From Hypanus sabinus (Eukaryota): DNA of 64,000 nucleotides. Location: the NCBI RefSeq assembly GCF_030144855.1, contig NC_082725.1:13268001-13332000 (forward strand). The letters are read 5' to 3'. Below, piece by piece: positions 14,061 through 27,433 of the stretch (positions are counted from its first letter, which is position 1; each line of letters opens with the position of its first letter). Both the position numbers and the translations under genes were made by a program. The notes beneath the pieces are model-generated. The model searched no databases, was not told where the DNA came from, and saw nothing but the letters and a program-made list of their open reading frames with translations.

Positions 14061-14757
14061 CAGTTGGCCCTCCTTATCCGCGGGTTCCGCATGCATGGAT
14101 TCAACCAACCGTGGATTGGGAAAACCCGGAAGTTCTCTCTCCAGCACTTATTGTTTGAGCATGTACAGATTTCTTCTTTAATGTAGGTATTATAAGTAAT
14201 CTAGAGATGATTTAAAGTACAGGCAGTCCCCGGGTTACGAATGAGTTCCGTTCCTGAGTTCGTCTTTAAGTGTTATTTAGCATCAGTTAGTCAAATGTTT
14301 GTCTTAGTATATAGTACATATTTTACCTTTCTATGCATATAAAACACTTAAGAAATGTATGTATTTCAATAATTAAACCATTGCATTGCTAAGTAGTAAT
14401 TGTAGCTTTCATCAGGGCAGGGCCTTTCACGTGTTCCATTATTCTCACTTTATCCTTTAAAATTATTCTAGTCGTTGACCGACTGTGGCCAAACGCTTTT
14501 CCAATGACTGATGACATTTCACCTTTTTCCGTTCGCTTTATTATTTCCACTTTATTTTCAATCGTGATCGTTTTCCGTCAACGGAACAGAAACACTGCGG
14601 ATTCAGCAGCAGTCACGGACGGCGGGTCCGGAGCTCCCCTGGGTCCTAAAGTCCAGGTTAAACAAGACAGGTTAAATAAGGGACTTGAGCATCTGCGTTT
14701 TTTAGTATCTGCAGGGGGGCCCGGAACCAATTCCCTGCAGATAAGGAGGGCCGACTG
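14061..14757. mobile_element. Tigger/pogo-like (Tc1-mariner) MITE
   Basis: TIRs CAGTTGGCCCTCCTTATCCGCGGG and CCTGCAGATAAGGAGGGCCGACTG, TA on both sides; it interrupts another repeat's tail. Confidence 0.85.
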
Positions 14758-15539
14758 TATATGATGATGTATATGTACTTGGATAATAAATTTACTTTGA
14801 ACTTTGATTGTCAGCGCTGATCTGGTCTATTTTTCTGCTGACTGACTCGATGATAAGCACGTAGTTGAGAGCAATGACAGCCAAAAGGTGAAGTAGTACA
14901 AGTTCCCACCCTGCCAATAAAAGATTTTAGCTAAAACTCTCTGGACTTCAAATAATGACAGCAGCTCTGAAATAAAGAAAAACAAAGCTGAAGTAAAGAG
15001 AAATAGGTCAGTACTATCGGCACAGATAGAAAGGAAAGAGGAGTTGGAAGGAAACCGAAGATACAGTGAAATAGAGCACGAAAATGAACTCACCCACTGC
15101 AGCACAGAGAAGCATGGATGATCAGCGAGAGATGGTGAAGGACAGGGAGAAATTTTCTCTATAAGGAGCATGATCTGGCAGCCAGTTATTGGATTCACAA
15201 GTAAAGTTTGTGTTGGGTGAACTGCAAATGACACATTTCACAGTGTGTCGCAATGTACATGTTATAGATAAATCTGAATCTGAAAGTTTGGGATTATTCT
15301 TTGGCCGCCAGTGTAGACTGTACTAAAGATTATGTTAAAAAAAATACTTGACTACAAATAAAAACATCTTTGTGTCCTTGAACTTCAGGAGTCAACCATA
15401 ACATATGTACAATTTAGTCTGCAGACAAGTCCTGAAACGTGGCACTGGCAACAAGAAGCAAACAACTCAGCACCTCACTAAAGGAGGATGAGTTAAATCT
15501 TCTAATTTAGAGTTAAATCCTCTAATAAAAGGTCAGGAC

Positions 15540-16250
15540 AGACCTTTTGGCCCACAATGTTGTGTCCAACCAAATAAATTGGTAATTAAATGACCAACTA
15601 AACTAATCCCTTATGCCTGCACAAAGTCCATATCCTTGTATTATCCTCCCATTCAGGTGTCTATCTAAACATTCCTTAAAAGTCCCTAACTTATCTGCCC
15701 CAACCACCAGCCCAGGCAGTGCATTCCAGGCATCCACCACTTCGACTAAAAAAAAATTCTTGTCTCTTACATCTCCTTTAAAATTACCCCCTCTTACCTT
15801 CAATGCATGTTCTCTGGTATCAGACATTTTGACCCTGGGAAAAAGATACTAGCTGTCTACCCATGTCTCACATAATCTTATAAACCTCCATCAGATCTTC
15901 CCTCTGCCTCCACCACTCAAGGAAAAACAACCAAAGTTTATCCAGGCACTCATTATAGCACATGCTCCCGCATACCAGGTAGCACCCTAGTAAACCTCTT
16001 CCACACCCCCTCCAAAGACTCGACATCCTTTCTATAATGGGGCGACCGGAACAGTATTCAATACTCTAGATGCAACCTAACTGGAGTTTTATAAAGCTGC
16101 AACATAACTTTGAGACTTTTGAACTCAATGCCTCAACTAATAAATGCAAGCCTTCTTCACCACCCTATCAACCTGTCTCACCATTTTCATTGAGCTATGA
16201 ACCTGGACTCTAAGACCCCTCTGGTCAACAGCACTGTCAAGGATCTTGCC
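15540..16250 (-). mobile_element. CR1-type LINE 3' fragment
   Basis: TREHALKVRGGNFKGDVR..FF..VVDAWNALP and VQVHSSMKMVRQVDRVVKKA. Confidence 0.8.
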
Positions 16251-16749
16251 TTGAGTTGACCAATAAAAAGCTGCAACAACTAGTGGATAAAAGGAACGAA
16301 GACTACATTGGCCATTGAGAATTAAAGATGCCACTCTCCAAGCAGAATATTTAATGATACAAATGAAGCTGCCAAGCTGAGAAGGGAGGAGTGCATCTTG
16401 CCAGCCGTCAAGATTTGAATTTTCTTTTTAAACTGGCAACATGACTGGGGGAACACTCAACTTTCAAGAGCCAAATGGTGAGAAACGTCAAAGGAGGAAT
16501 GAAAAAGATTTTTTCTTCCTGAAGTCACATGCCAGGTTAAGTCTGAAAGCCAAAACTGCTGATTCACAGGCCAGGTGAAGGCCAACGGGAAGAAGCTTTC
16601 AGTATGAAGACCACAGGAGGTGCCAAAAGAGGAGGGAAAAGGTTGGGGTGAACATAATTGGAAATAAATTCAAGAGAAAAATATTTAGTGGTAAATTACA
16701 AAACAAACAAGATTTGACAGCATCATATTGGGAAAAGAGACCTTCCATT

Positions 16750-17194
16750 TGTCACGATTCTGATCAGGTGCCAAGTTCAAGTTTGAGGAGAGGAGTATGT
16801 TTGCAAATGGGTAGCCATTCCATATACTGGGGGAACAATAACAAGCCCTGCCAGCTTTCCCAAGAAAAATGGATTTTTAAAAAACCTAGGAAGGGCTCCC
16901 TGGTGTGCACACAGAAAGAATGACAATTGGAAACGGGAATTGCAAACAGATGGCAGAACTGTCTCCCAAGGAGTGCAGGTAGTGCTAGTACAATCGCAAA
17001 GATGATGCAACTCAAAATGAGACTGGGAGTGCGAACACACATTCTGCAATGTAACACTGAATATTCAAGTTATGACAGAGGGACAAAACCCCCCCCATAG
17101 AAGTTTCTTCCCTTTGGATAAGCTTTTTTTTGGGGGGGGGGGAATCCTGGTCTTGCACCTGGCATGTGTTGATATAATATCGGTACACGTGACA
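16750..17194. repeat. Putative solo LTR
   Basis: Perfect 7-bp terminal inverted repeat TGTCACG...CGTGACA; the TSD match is only partial (CATT/CACC). Confidence 0.4.
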
Positions 17195-18199
17195 CACCAA
17201 ATAACTTCAAGATTCTGCTACCTTCCAACAGATCATGGCTGAACTATAACCTAAATCTACATTCACTCTTATCCCAAGTCTCTTAATGGTTGTGTTTTAG
17301 TTCCCAAAGATGTCTCCAAACCAGCTAAGAATTTTCAGTATTTACTGTTCTTATTTTACTGTTTTAACAAATGTCCAGCATCTGGGATAAAAAATAAACT
17401 AAACCAGAGAGCAGTTTCAAATTCCTAATACCACCGTGCATGTTCAAATATTTTGCAACCTCTTCCAAAAAACCAAGTTTTTAAATTTTAATTACATACA
17501 ATCCAATTCTAGGCTTCACAAACAACAATCACTTCTAAAAATGAGGAATACCAATCACTCCTTATAAACTGACCCTATTTATCTTGGTAATTAAAACAAA
17601 GATCTCGTCAGGCCTTTGCATTCCTGTCATCTATGCAGAAGATATTACTGTATATTCAAAATTGTGCCAGTAAGTCCATGCACAGCTGGTAATCATTAAC
17701 TGACACTCTCTGAGGCATGTCGAACAATAACAGCAGCTATGTACTTCAGTTCCGATCTAAAACAGAAGATTAAAAAAAACAAATGCTGACGGCAAACTTG
17801 GGCTCCAACAAGGCAAAGCCGTACCTGAAAGGTGCAAACTTTGTAGATTGAAATCTGCATATTGTGGGCTCTTTGCTGAACTTGGCCTTGTGTGTAAAGG
17901 CCCAACTAACCTCCAAAACAGGGGCAAGGAAAATCATGTGCACAGAAGCATACATTAAAAAAAAACTCCCTCTTCTTCACAGCCACGATCAGTACATACT
18001 ATAACCTGGGATAGACTAATGGGAAATAGGGTCGGCCTTTGGAATCAACATTAAGTCACTGGTCACATAGTATGCAGTTTTAAAACCTTAATAAATTGGA
18101 TGCAACAATTAAATGACTTGTGGCGCAAAACAAAAAGGTTTCATAACCAATCTAATAGAGTTTCCTGAAGCATCAAAACACTACCAGCTGAGGGGCTCA

Positions 18200-18720
18200 T
18201 TACTCAGTGTCCCAGCACAGTTCACCTCTCCGGGGAAGCGTTCAGCGGAGCCCCCGGCGCCCGTGTGGCTGTCCACAGCAGCCGCCCTCGACCCCCGGCT
18301 GGCTGCTCACTCACCACAACGTGCGAGCCGCTCAGTTTCAGCGGCTTGGGGCTGATCAGCGGCGACACCATGTACAGCAGCAGGACGAAAGCGACGATAA
18401 AGGCCCCGACCACCAGCAGCATGACGAGCCTCCAGCCCGATACCTCGCTCCACAGGGCGGACCCCTCCTCCAGGAAGAACATTTATAACGCACGGCGAGC
18501 CGCCTTCTCTCGGCGACGGAAGACCAAAGGCCGGCGATCCGAAAGGAAAATAACACAAACCGACGTCGCAGCCCCGGTGCGACCAATCAAAGAGTCGAAC
18601 TGTCTGTCTGCGACTCGGGGCGACTCGACATGCGCAACGACAGAGCCGAGGCGGAAAGGAACGGGCGCAGCCGAGCCGCTGGTTGCAGAGGGAACCCGTC
18701 CTGCTAACGTGACGGTACAC
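18200..18720 (-). promoter_or_regulatory. CpG island / KDSR promoter
   Basis: Dense CpG and high GC around exon 1; CCAAT box (GACCAATCA, 18581-18589). Confidence 0.8.
18315..18422 (-). CDS. KDSR: KDSR exon 1 coding part; possible in-frame extension to an upstream ATG at 18482
   Basis: 108 bp. Translates [36 protein letters not shown] (signal anchor), followed by a GTGAGT donor. All five exons join in phase 0. Confidence 0.96.
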
Positions 18721-19289
18721 CTGTGTCCCCAGAGGACAGGTATCGTGAAAAAAATCCAGAGAAAAGGATTCAGTGCAGTTTTTTTTTAAAAAATGGAAAG
18801 GTTCTTATATCAATACACTAAACATGTGGAAAATATCAGAGGAAAAGTACTTAATCGATACTGTAAAAAAAAGTCCTCGACAAGGTAAGAAAGTCAAGTC
18901 GAACTGGCGTGTACAGAAAATAAGAAACAAGAGAAGGCCAGTTAATAAAGATCTAGTCATTCATTCAACCATCACTTCAATTTACTCACGTTCTCTCTCC
19001 CGCAAGAGGGCATAGTTTTAAGGTGCTTGGAAGTAGGAACGGAGATGTCAGGGGTAAGTAGTTTAAGGTAGGGACAGGCTCGGCACAGCTTTGTGGGCCG
19101 AAGGGCCTGTATTGTGCAGTCAGTTTTCTATGTTTTCTACCAGTGGATGGCATCCGCCCCCCTCCCCCACAATAATTTAAACTTCTGTGAATCTCCTTGG
19201 ATTTCCAGCACGCTTTGAAGTTTCTCCTCATTTACATCCGAAGTGGCATTTTAAAACTATGACCTCCCCCCACCACACACACCCCCCAC

Positions 19290-19790
19290 CATTGGTCAGG
19301 GTCCACCATGGGTGCTAGCTGTCTACACAAGCCAGGGCAATACGATATGAAGGAGCGAGCTGTTGCCCGCGTAGTAGGTTTCCCCTCTCCACGACTCTAG
19401 TGAATCTAAAGGAACAGCGGAGATGGATACAGTTTGGTACCAGCAGCGTCGCCAGAGCTGCCACTCGGCTTTGAACTGCCTCAGGGACTCCGGCTCTGGA
19501 TTTCCCCCCGGGATTTGCTCCCGAAGCCTTCCCCACAAGTGGGTATAGCTACAAGGCAGCGGAGGTTTGAGATCAGTTTTTCTTCTATATGAGCTGCCAG
19601 CCATGGCTGACGAGACCCATTTAAGGGACCACCTTTGCCCATTCTCCTCTCAATAGAAACGGTTCTGCCAGGCTTAGTGGCTGAACCCCACGTGAAGGCA
19701 AGGAGCTGTACTTGGGTGTCAAAGGCTACTTGAAATGCACGCCATTGGGAGCATTTAATAAGTCGTGGGCGTTTATCGCCACTCCCCCCC
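19290..19790 (-). mobile_element. RTE-related non-autonomous element
   Basis: Shares CCCCTCTCCACG and TTGG.ACCAG..GCGTCGC with the tail of the 11.7-kb and 30-kb SINE copies. Confidence 0.55.
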
Positions 19791-20845
19791 CCCCCCGTTA
19801 TGATAATGTTAAGGAGCCGCATCTCCACAAGGGAGAAAATATTTTTACCACTCACTCTGTCAATCTCCCTCAGAATCCTTATTTTCAATAAGATCGCCAG
19901 ACCTTCCTCTCTGACACAATCAGTACAGACTCAAACTGCTGAAAATTTCTCTTCAACCCAGAAGTGCAGAGCACCTTCTCTCCGTTACTTCCTGCACCAG
20001 TACACCATTTCCTAAATATATCAATACCTGTACCCATTACTCTGTGTGATCTCACCAGTATCCTGTCAGGTTGTATCAAAACTTCTCTGGTTTTCTGCTA
20101 CATACCTTTTGCAATAAAGACAGACATTCCACTGATCTTCCTAATTCACATACTTTGTGATTGACTGGAGTTAAGTGAGTTGTTCAATGTGAGAAGTTTA
20201 GCCAGGCAATGGAGGAAGGTGTAAGGACCAACAAGGGGAACCTCAAACCATAACCAACTGGACTGCTTAGTTTCATGGCACCAAAAGGGAAGCAATTGCA
20301 TCAGGTCTTGGCCAATTTTCTCCCTCCCTAATTCATTGCAAGAGACAGTTCATGGATGAATTGCAGTTTAAAATAGTCTGGTGCAGAATGGGATACCTGT
20401 CAAGTGAGCAACTTTGTCCTTGATGTTAGGTATCTTGAATGTTATTAGAACTGCTGTGTTATCGCAGTGCTGTCCTGTGGCTTGTAGTGCATGGACGTGC
20501 CTTGGACAGTAAGTCATTCCATTCCCTAAGTTAATGCAGTTCATTGAGGACTACTGGAATATTTATACTGTAGTAGGATAAATCATAATGGTGATATCAC
20601 CAATTGCTGCTAGTTTCAATGCCTTGTTGAAGATGATTATTGCCTGAAATATATGCGCCGCCTTTGTGCTCTAGTCTGTAGATGCGCAGTGATGGCTTTG
20701 TCATCTAAAATTTTGTGAATGGAATTGAATGCTGTACTTCTGACTTCATGGTGCAAGTCAGGTGTGCGATAAGTAAGAACTACTTAATGGTACTATCAAA
20801 TGCATATTTCAATACTTTGTCGATGCTTGAAAGGAGGTATTAGAC

Positions 20846-21008
20846 CCAGTGTAGACCAGACACATTCCATAGCACTGTAGATACCAATATTGTATCCCCC
20901 ATGTAGATGTAGACCACAGGCATTCCACATCATTGTAGGTACCAGTACTGTAGCCCCATGTGGACCAGCCACATTCCACATCATTGGAGATACCAGTACT
21001 GTAGCCAT
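20846..21008. repeat. Degenerate tandem repeat, unit about 50-60 bp, about 3 copies
   Basis: Recurring ACATTCCACATCATTG.AG.TACCAGTACTGTAGCC. Confidence 0.75.
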
Positions 21009-24000
21009 ACTAAGTACTTTCTCCAAAGGTGCAGCTTATTCTCAATTTTATTTACTTAGAAATAGAGTAGGGCAACAGGTCCATCAAACCCAAAAAGCCC
21101 ACATTACACAATTACACCCATGTGATCTATTAGCCTACTAACTTGTATGTCTTTGGAATATGGGAGGAAACCCACATGGCCATGGGGAAAATGTACAAAC
21201 CCTTACAGATAGCAGTGAAATTGAACCCAGGTCGTTGCCGTTGTAATAGCATTATGCTAACTGCAACAATACTGGCCAAATGGATTCTCAGAGTAGATTG
21301 GTATTTTTCAGCATGAGATTACAGATTGGGAAGGGAAATCTTGCACTGCATGTGTTTCAGGATTCTGGTCACTCTTTTATTTGCTGTTTTTGAGCTGTTT
21401 GATTGAGGCAATCAATGCAGACTGGGGCGCTTCGGCGAAGAATAGCCCTGAACGCTTTGGCTAGCTGCGTGGCGCTGAACTGAACTAAAATGAATACTAC
21501 TGGACTCTTACTTTGATGTTTGATATTCTATATGTTGTTTGCTCGCTTTTTGCTGTTTGCGAAAATTGTTCTTTTTTTGTGTGTTGGGTGTTCGATGTCT
21601 TCTTGAACAAATTCCATGGTGTTTGTTTTGTGGCTTCCTGCAGGACGATGACTCTCAGAACTGTATCCATACTTAGATAATGAATGTACTTTGAAACTTG
21701 AAGCAGTTTTACTGTTGCCAGTGGCCGTGCCCAATGGATGCCCAGTGCTGATATGCTAGATGTCTTCATCTGATTCTTGTAAGCTTACAAGTTATAAAAA
21801 CGATGATTGAACTTGTTCTTCATGCAAAAGATAGATTTGATTTTACACAAGAAAACAAAATATAAAGGTTACTAATATTGTTTTAATGTAATATTTCATT
21901 ACATAGAGTATATAATCTCACAGCACACACCAATGAGATGTATTTAGCAGAAGACCATAGATGTAAACTCATATGTGAATATATGTTTACGGTCTTCTGC
22001 TGCTGCAGTACATCCACTTTACCCACAGAGCTGCCACTCATTATTTTTGTTTTTCACACCATTCTCTGTAAACTCTGTGCCAGTTTAAATGTCTGCATAC
22101 AAGATGTGTTCATCTGGGATTGCCTGATTAACAGCCTTCTGTTATTAAGCTCTGGGCATACCAATTGGTAGGTTAACAGGTCACTGTAAATTAACCTGTG
22201 ATTAGGCTAGGATTAAATTGGGGGATAGCCGGGTGGTGTGCCACAAAGGGCCGATTCCATGCTCAATTTATGTATCTCAATAAATAAATAAACAAACTTC
22301 CTCTCCCGTTCCCACATTGTCCCATCCATCCTTGGCCTTCTCACTGCAAGGATGAGGCAGAACACAATTCATATTTTGGTTGGGTAATTGTCAACCAAAG
22401 GTATGAATGAGGAATTTTACAATTTCAAGCAACGTTTGGTGCTTGTGTTCCCCTTTGTCCCTCCTTCCAATTCACCTTCAGTCCTCCCGTTTTTGTTCCC
22501 TTTTGTCCATGAGGTTCTTTGGAAGTCAAGAATGAAGCATAAAACTTGTTGCTTATAGTTGTTTATTAAGCATTACAAGAACAAAACAAAGAGAAAGAAG
22601 ATGAAGCAAGAGGGGGAGAGAGAGTGAAGGAAGATGACCCTATTGGAAGGGAAAAGAACAGAAGGTTAAAGAACAATCCAATGTTGTGTGCTCTTCTTAC
22701 ACCAGTTTGCTGCATCCCATTGAATTTTCATAGACAATCCATTTGCTTCAATTAACCAATAACCATTCAAGCAATGTGATACCCACAACTTCAACAACTG
22801 AAAAACACTGAACAATTACAAGTATGCTGGTAATTATAAAAAATTATAAACAGGAATAAGAAAGTTAATCTACAAGCATAATAACAATTATACAGTCCAA
22901 TCCGGATGTTTTCCATAATCACCATTCATTTTCATCCTTCTCCCTTTCAAGTTATGCCACAGTAGTGTGTGTAGTATGAGGCTATTCCAGAGTTCAATTC
23001 TGGAGCTTATACATTCTTCCCGTGGAATGTGTGTGTTTTCTCCTGCTCAAAGGGTCATTTCAGCACTGTATTTCTAAATAAAATACAAAACAAGTTCTAC
23101 CCACCTACATGTCAACCATATCTTTTCCTGTCTGCCCTTTCAGCTCTCCCTTAATAGTTCCCATAATCTCCTTCCCTATTTTTCAGATTCCAGCATTTGT
23201 AACCTTTATATACCTGCTGATCACCCTTCCCTCATTCTACCTGGCTCCATGTACATTTTTTCTAATCTGCTTCCACCTATTGCCTACTCAGGAATACCAC
23301 CGCAGTCAGATGTAGACCAAATCTTCATTGGTGTTTCAGTCAACAATTTTGTTTTACCAGCCAGGGTTGTAAGCTGTGAATCTCCAAACCTGGAGAAGCA
23401 GTGGACCGCTCTTCGCCTGGCCTTTACCCTTTGCTGTTTGCATGGTTGGCCCTACCAAGAGCGAAAGCATAAAGCCAATTCCACCCATCAGAGCTCTTCA
23501 GGTCATTGAGGCATACAAGCCTCCAAATGTGGTCCTCTTGGAAGCCTCTCTTCTTCATATTCACAACTTTCCCTCTCCATTCTTAGTCCTCTTTCTATAG
23601 GCCATTCAACTCATCAAGTCTGCAACTGCCATTCCATCATGGCTGATTTATTATCCCTCTCAAACCCATTCTCCTGCCTTCTCCCATATCCTCTCCACTC
23701 CCAAGAGATGCTGCTTGATTCCCATTTCCTCCAGAGGTTTGTTCTTGCTCAAACGCTGATTGTCTTCACTTACAACTGTGCAAACTTTCCTTCCACGTGC
23801 TTGGATCTGGAGGGAATCAGCATACTTCAATCTATCCAACTGCATTCCAGCTCTTGCATCTATCCACCAGGTATGCTGAAAGCACCTTGCATGCAGACAT
23901 TTCATCTGGTGACTCATCTATGCTCAGGCTGCAGCCCAAGAAAATAAAAACTGCTGAGGTACAGCAGAAGTGCCTCAAAAGTGAGATGCATAATAGAAGG

Positions 24001-24134
24001 CTGTTAATCATGAAATCCTAGGTGAACACATCTTGTGTGCAGTCAGCTAACAACATGGCCTCAGAACTTCTATTTGGCAACCTGAAGAAAATAATTAATT
24101 GCTATACCCAACTCTGACAATTTAAGTGCACAGC

Positions 24135-24840
24135 ATTAAGTAGATACATATTTTATTTACAAATAAACAGAAATTAAACTCACACAGGATTTAAGATTCC
24201 ATGACTTTTAAGCATTTACATTATTTAAAAAAATCTATGAGGGGATTTGCTCATCTCATACATATTTCCGAGAATACAAATAACTAGATGCATGTAGCCC
24301 AAATTTCTCCAGTACAAAGCTTAAGGTTTATATTTTATGCATATCATTAGTAGAAAATCTTAGAGCGTACTTGAAGTACGATGAGAAGGTCCCAGCCCCA
24401 AGGGCTGTACAATTATCACAGTCCATGTGCAATAATCAGTTTAAATGCACTATTCACTATTTGGAATGTATCACTAACAAGCAAGATTATTTTACAATCC
24501 ATAGCAAGCCCAGCAAATTGGTATGCACACGGTGCATTTGAAAATACTCAGATGTTTTTGTCATATATAAATATCATGTTATACCCTTAATGAAATCTGC
24601 ACTGTCCTCAAACTTTTTCTGTATGCTATGAGATATAGATTCATAATAGGCACATGCAGACATTCAGATAATAAGTAGGCTTAGATCCAATTTTATACAA
24701 AGTCCCATGGCCTGAAACACAAGAAACAAGATTAATATCAAAAAAGTAAAATAATGTTTACTAGTATATGTAATTGATTGAAGTGAATAGAAAAAAGAGG
24801 TACAAGAAAATAAATGCAGTGCAAATCATGTTCCTATGAT
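24135..24840 (-). other. VPS4B: Probable VPS4B 3' UTR with candidate AATAAA at 24152-24157
   Basis: AT-rich, repeat-free stretch after the stop codon; TTTATT on the plus strand. The true 3' end cannot be determined from sequence. Confidence 0.5.
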
Positions 24841-24942
24841 TTAGCCTTCCTGACCAAAGTCTTCTGTGAATTTTTTCAATTTCTTCAGATCTTCATCGTT
24901 AACTGTTGGTTTTATGTTCGCTAATGACTGCAGCATGTCAGG
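24841..24942 (-). CDS. VPS4B: VPS4B exon 11 (last coding exon, TAA stop)
   Basis: 102 bp. Translates [33 protein letters not shown], the conserved VPS4 C-terminus. Confidence 0.96.
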   Translation of the reverse strand, partial: PDMLQSLANIKPTVNDEDLKKLKKFTEDFGQEG

Positions 24943-27292
24943 CTGTGGAAAAACAAGGAGCAAAAATGACAAGGTGTAAGAACTTTAAATAATCCCAACC
25001 AAACAAGACTTCCGTCATGTTGCAGTTTATAGTAAAAGGAGATATTTTACTTGCCACCCTTACCCTCTAAGCTTTTGGAATTCATCATAGCTCTTTTTAA
25101 AACCTTTGTATCTACAAACTGTTTTCACTGTTACAATACAAATTTTATAAAAAAAATCATAACCAAATATTCTGTTTCATTAGTGAACAAACTTAGTTTA
25201 CACATTTATATAAATAAGACATAGGAGCAGAATTAGGTCATTCAGCCCATCAAGTTTGCAATCAATAAATGTTAACTCATCTAACACCAAAGATAAATCC
25301 TCTTGCGCTGGATTTAAAATGGTTATTAAAAAATGTATTATAAATGTTACTCCCATATAACTATATTGTTTTAACATTGACTGTCTTGTGGAGACAGGCT
25401 TCTACCCTTTAATTTTCCTTTAATATCCCAGGCCAATGTGGATAAATGATGTGGAATATAAAAAAACTGCAAAATGACTAACAAATTCAGAAATGTGAGT
25501 ATGGGAGCGGAAATTTGCAACAAATAACTAGTTGAGAGAGCAAAACTATAATAGAATCACAAATCACTGGAAGCCAAAAGGCAAGAACAATACCATTAAA
25601 ACTACGAAGTCTTAGTAGTAAAGTACTTGGATTTTACCCTATTTAGAGTAGTGCATTTCTTTCTATAGCACCCATATCAGAAAGAATGTGCTGATATTAG
25701 AGGAGATGCACCAAAGATTTACCATAATGCTAGGACTAAACTAGACTCAGTTTGAACTGTGGACAGATTGCAGAGATTGGGTTTCAGTACACATGATTAA
25801 CATGATTCCAAACACATGGATATGGAGAGGATATACCCTATGGTGGGAGAATTCCACTGGTGATAGATTCTTGATTGCTCAGGACATGAAGGGATATGGG
25901 GAGAAGGCAGGAGATTGAGGCTGAGAGGAAAATTGGACCAGCCATGGTGAAATGGTGGAGCAGACTTGATGGGCTAAATTAAATACTATTCCTATATCTT
26001 AGAGTCTTATGATTAACCCTCAATCTTCTTGAGCATTTAAGATTAAATTTGTTGGATAGAATGTAGAGTTGAGGGTACGGTGGTTGGTAGGGGAAAGGAA
26101 GAAACCCTATTTTCAAATCTACAGAGGTAAGCTGTTCCTGAGTGAGACAAAACACTTTTTTCACCATGATGTTGAATTCCTCCACCTCAAAACAGAGCTG
26201 TTATGGCTAAGCCTATTGTAAGTTCCAAAAGATAGATCAAGATTAAAATAGTACGGATTACAGATGCAAGGCAAATGTTTGGTGTTCTGTGATGTACAGA
26301 TCTAAGAACCCAGGCATTGCCCAAGATTGCAGTTAAAACTGGTATAAAACTTAAGGGCACATAATATAGGTTCAAGTAAAGAAAAATCTTAGTAAAAAAA
26401 ACCAGGGAGAGATAAATTGAGATCTCAAATCTGAAGTCACTGGAAAAAATATTGGCTAAGTAGAAAAGGAAAGTGATTTTTCTTAAAACAGTAAAATAGT
26501 GCTAGTAGATACTGTCTTCCATAAACATTCACTTTGCACTTTATGGCAACCTGTCAATCTTGAGGCCATACCATTCAAAGACTTGCGCTAATTTTATTTT
26601 GTGACTCCGTGTGACGGATTGCAAGTATGTGCTGTATATGACGACATGTACTGTGTTTTGCACCCTGGCTCCAGTGGAACAATGTTTCATTTAGCTGTAT
26701 ACATGTCTGTGGTTGAATGACAATAAACTTGAATTTGAATAAAAGACCTTTGGTATTGGACTTTCGCCCTTCTGATCTCGAAAATTAAACATTTAGATTT
26801 GCACATCTATGAAAGACTACATCGAAATACCCGGAGCATAGATGGGTGCCAACCTACGATTTGGCTTTTCACACCTCAGTAGTCTCACAATTAATTGGAG
26901 TTTGAATGGAGATAATGGAACTTTTTGCACTTTATTGAGGTATGAGATTACTTTCATTAGGAAATGATGTTTGGCACCATGAAATACATGACAAAACATA
27001 GGCATTTACATAATGCACCTTGTTACAGCTCATATTATCTTACAGAAGTAATTTAAATAAATTGATGCTGAATCAGTTAATATTTTGACTAGATCAGGTT
27101 TCACATTTAGTAAATGATAGTCAATTTACCTGGTATTGATGACTCAGCTGCCTCGGTATTTATAACTTAAAACTAATGTAAGGTTTCAACAAATTCCCTT
27201 TGGTTAGACATACAGGGTGACTTTTAGCAAGAGATTCGTTGACCAATAATTAAAGACTTTTAAAAATATCTGGAAAAATTAAAACAACTTGC

Positions 27293-27433
27293 CATGGAGA
27301 CAACAGGCTCCAGAAGCTTATCACCTGGAACATCTATCCAGGTCATCTCCAAAGCATTGGGATCACCCGGTGAGCATGGAGTTAGGAGGTCATCTACAAT
27401 CACAGATGGATCCGAATTTGAAGGACCTCTGAC
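27293..27433 (-). CDS. VPS4B: VPS4B exon 10 (beta domain); GC donor
   Basis: 141 bp. Translates [47 protein letters not shown]; the donor reads GCAAGT. Confidence 0.93.

Noticed and set aside
18207-18789. Plus-strand ORFs of 93 and 174 aa over KDSR exon 1
   Set aside because: GC-rich antisense frames of a CpG island, with no recognisable protein.
22510-22921. Possible solo LTR within a Penelope remnant
   Set aside because: TG..CA ends and a minus-strand AATAAA are present, but there is no convincing TSD.
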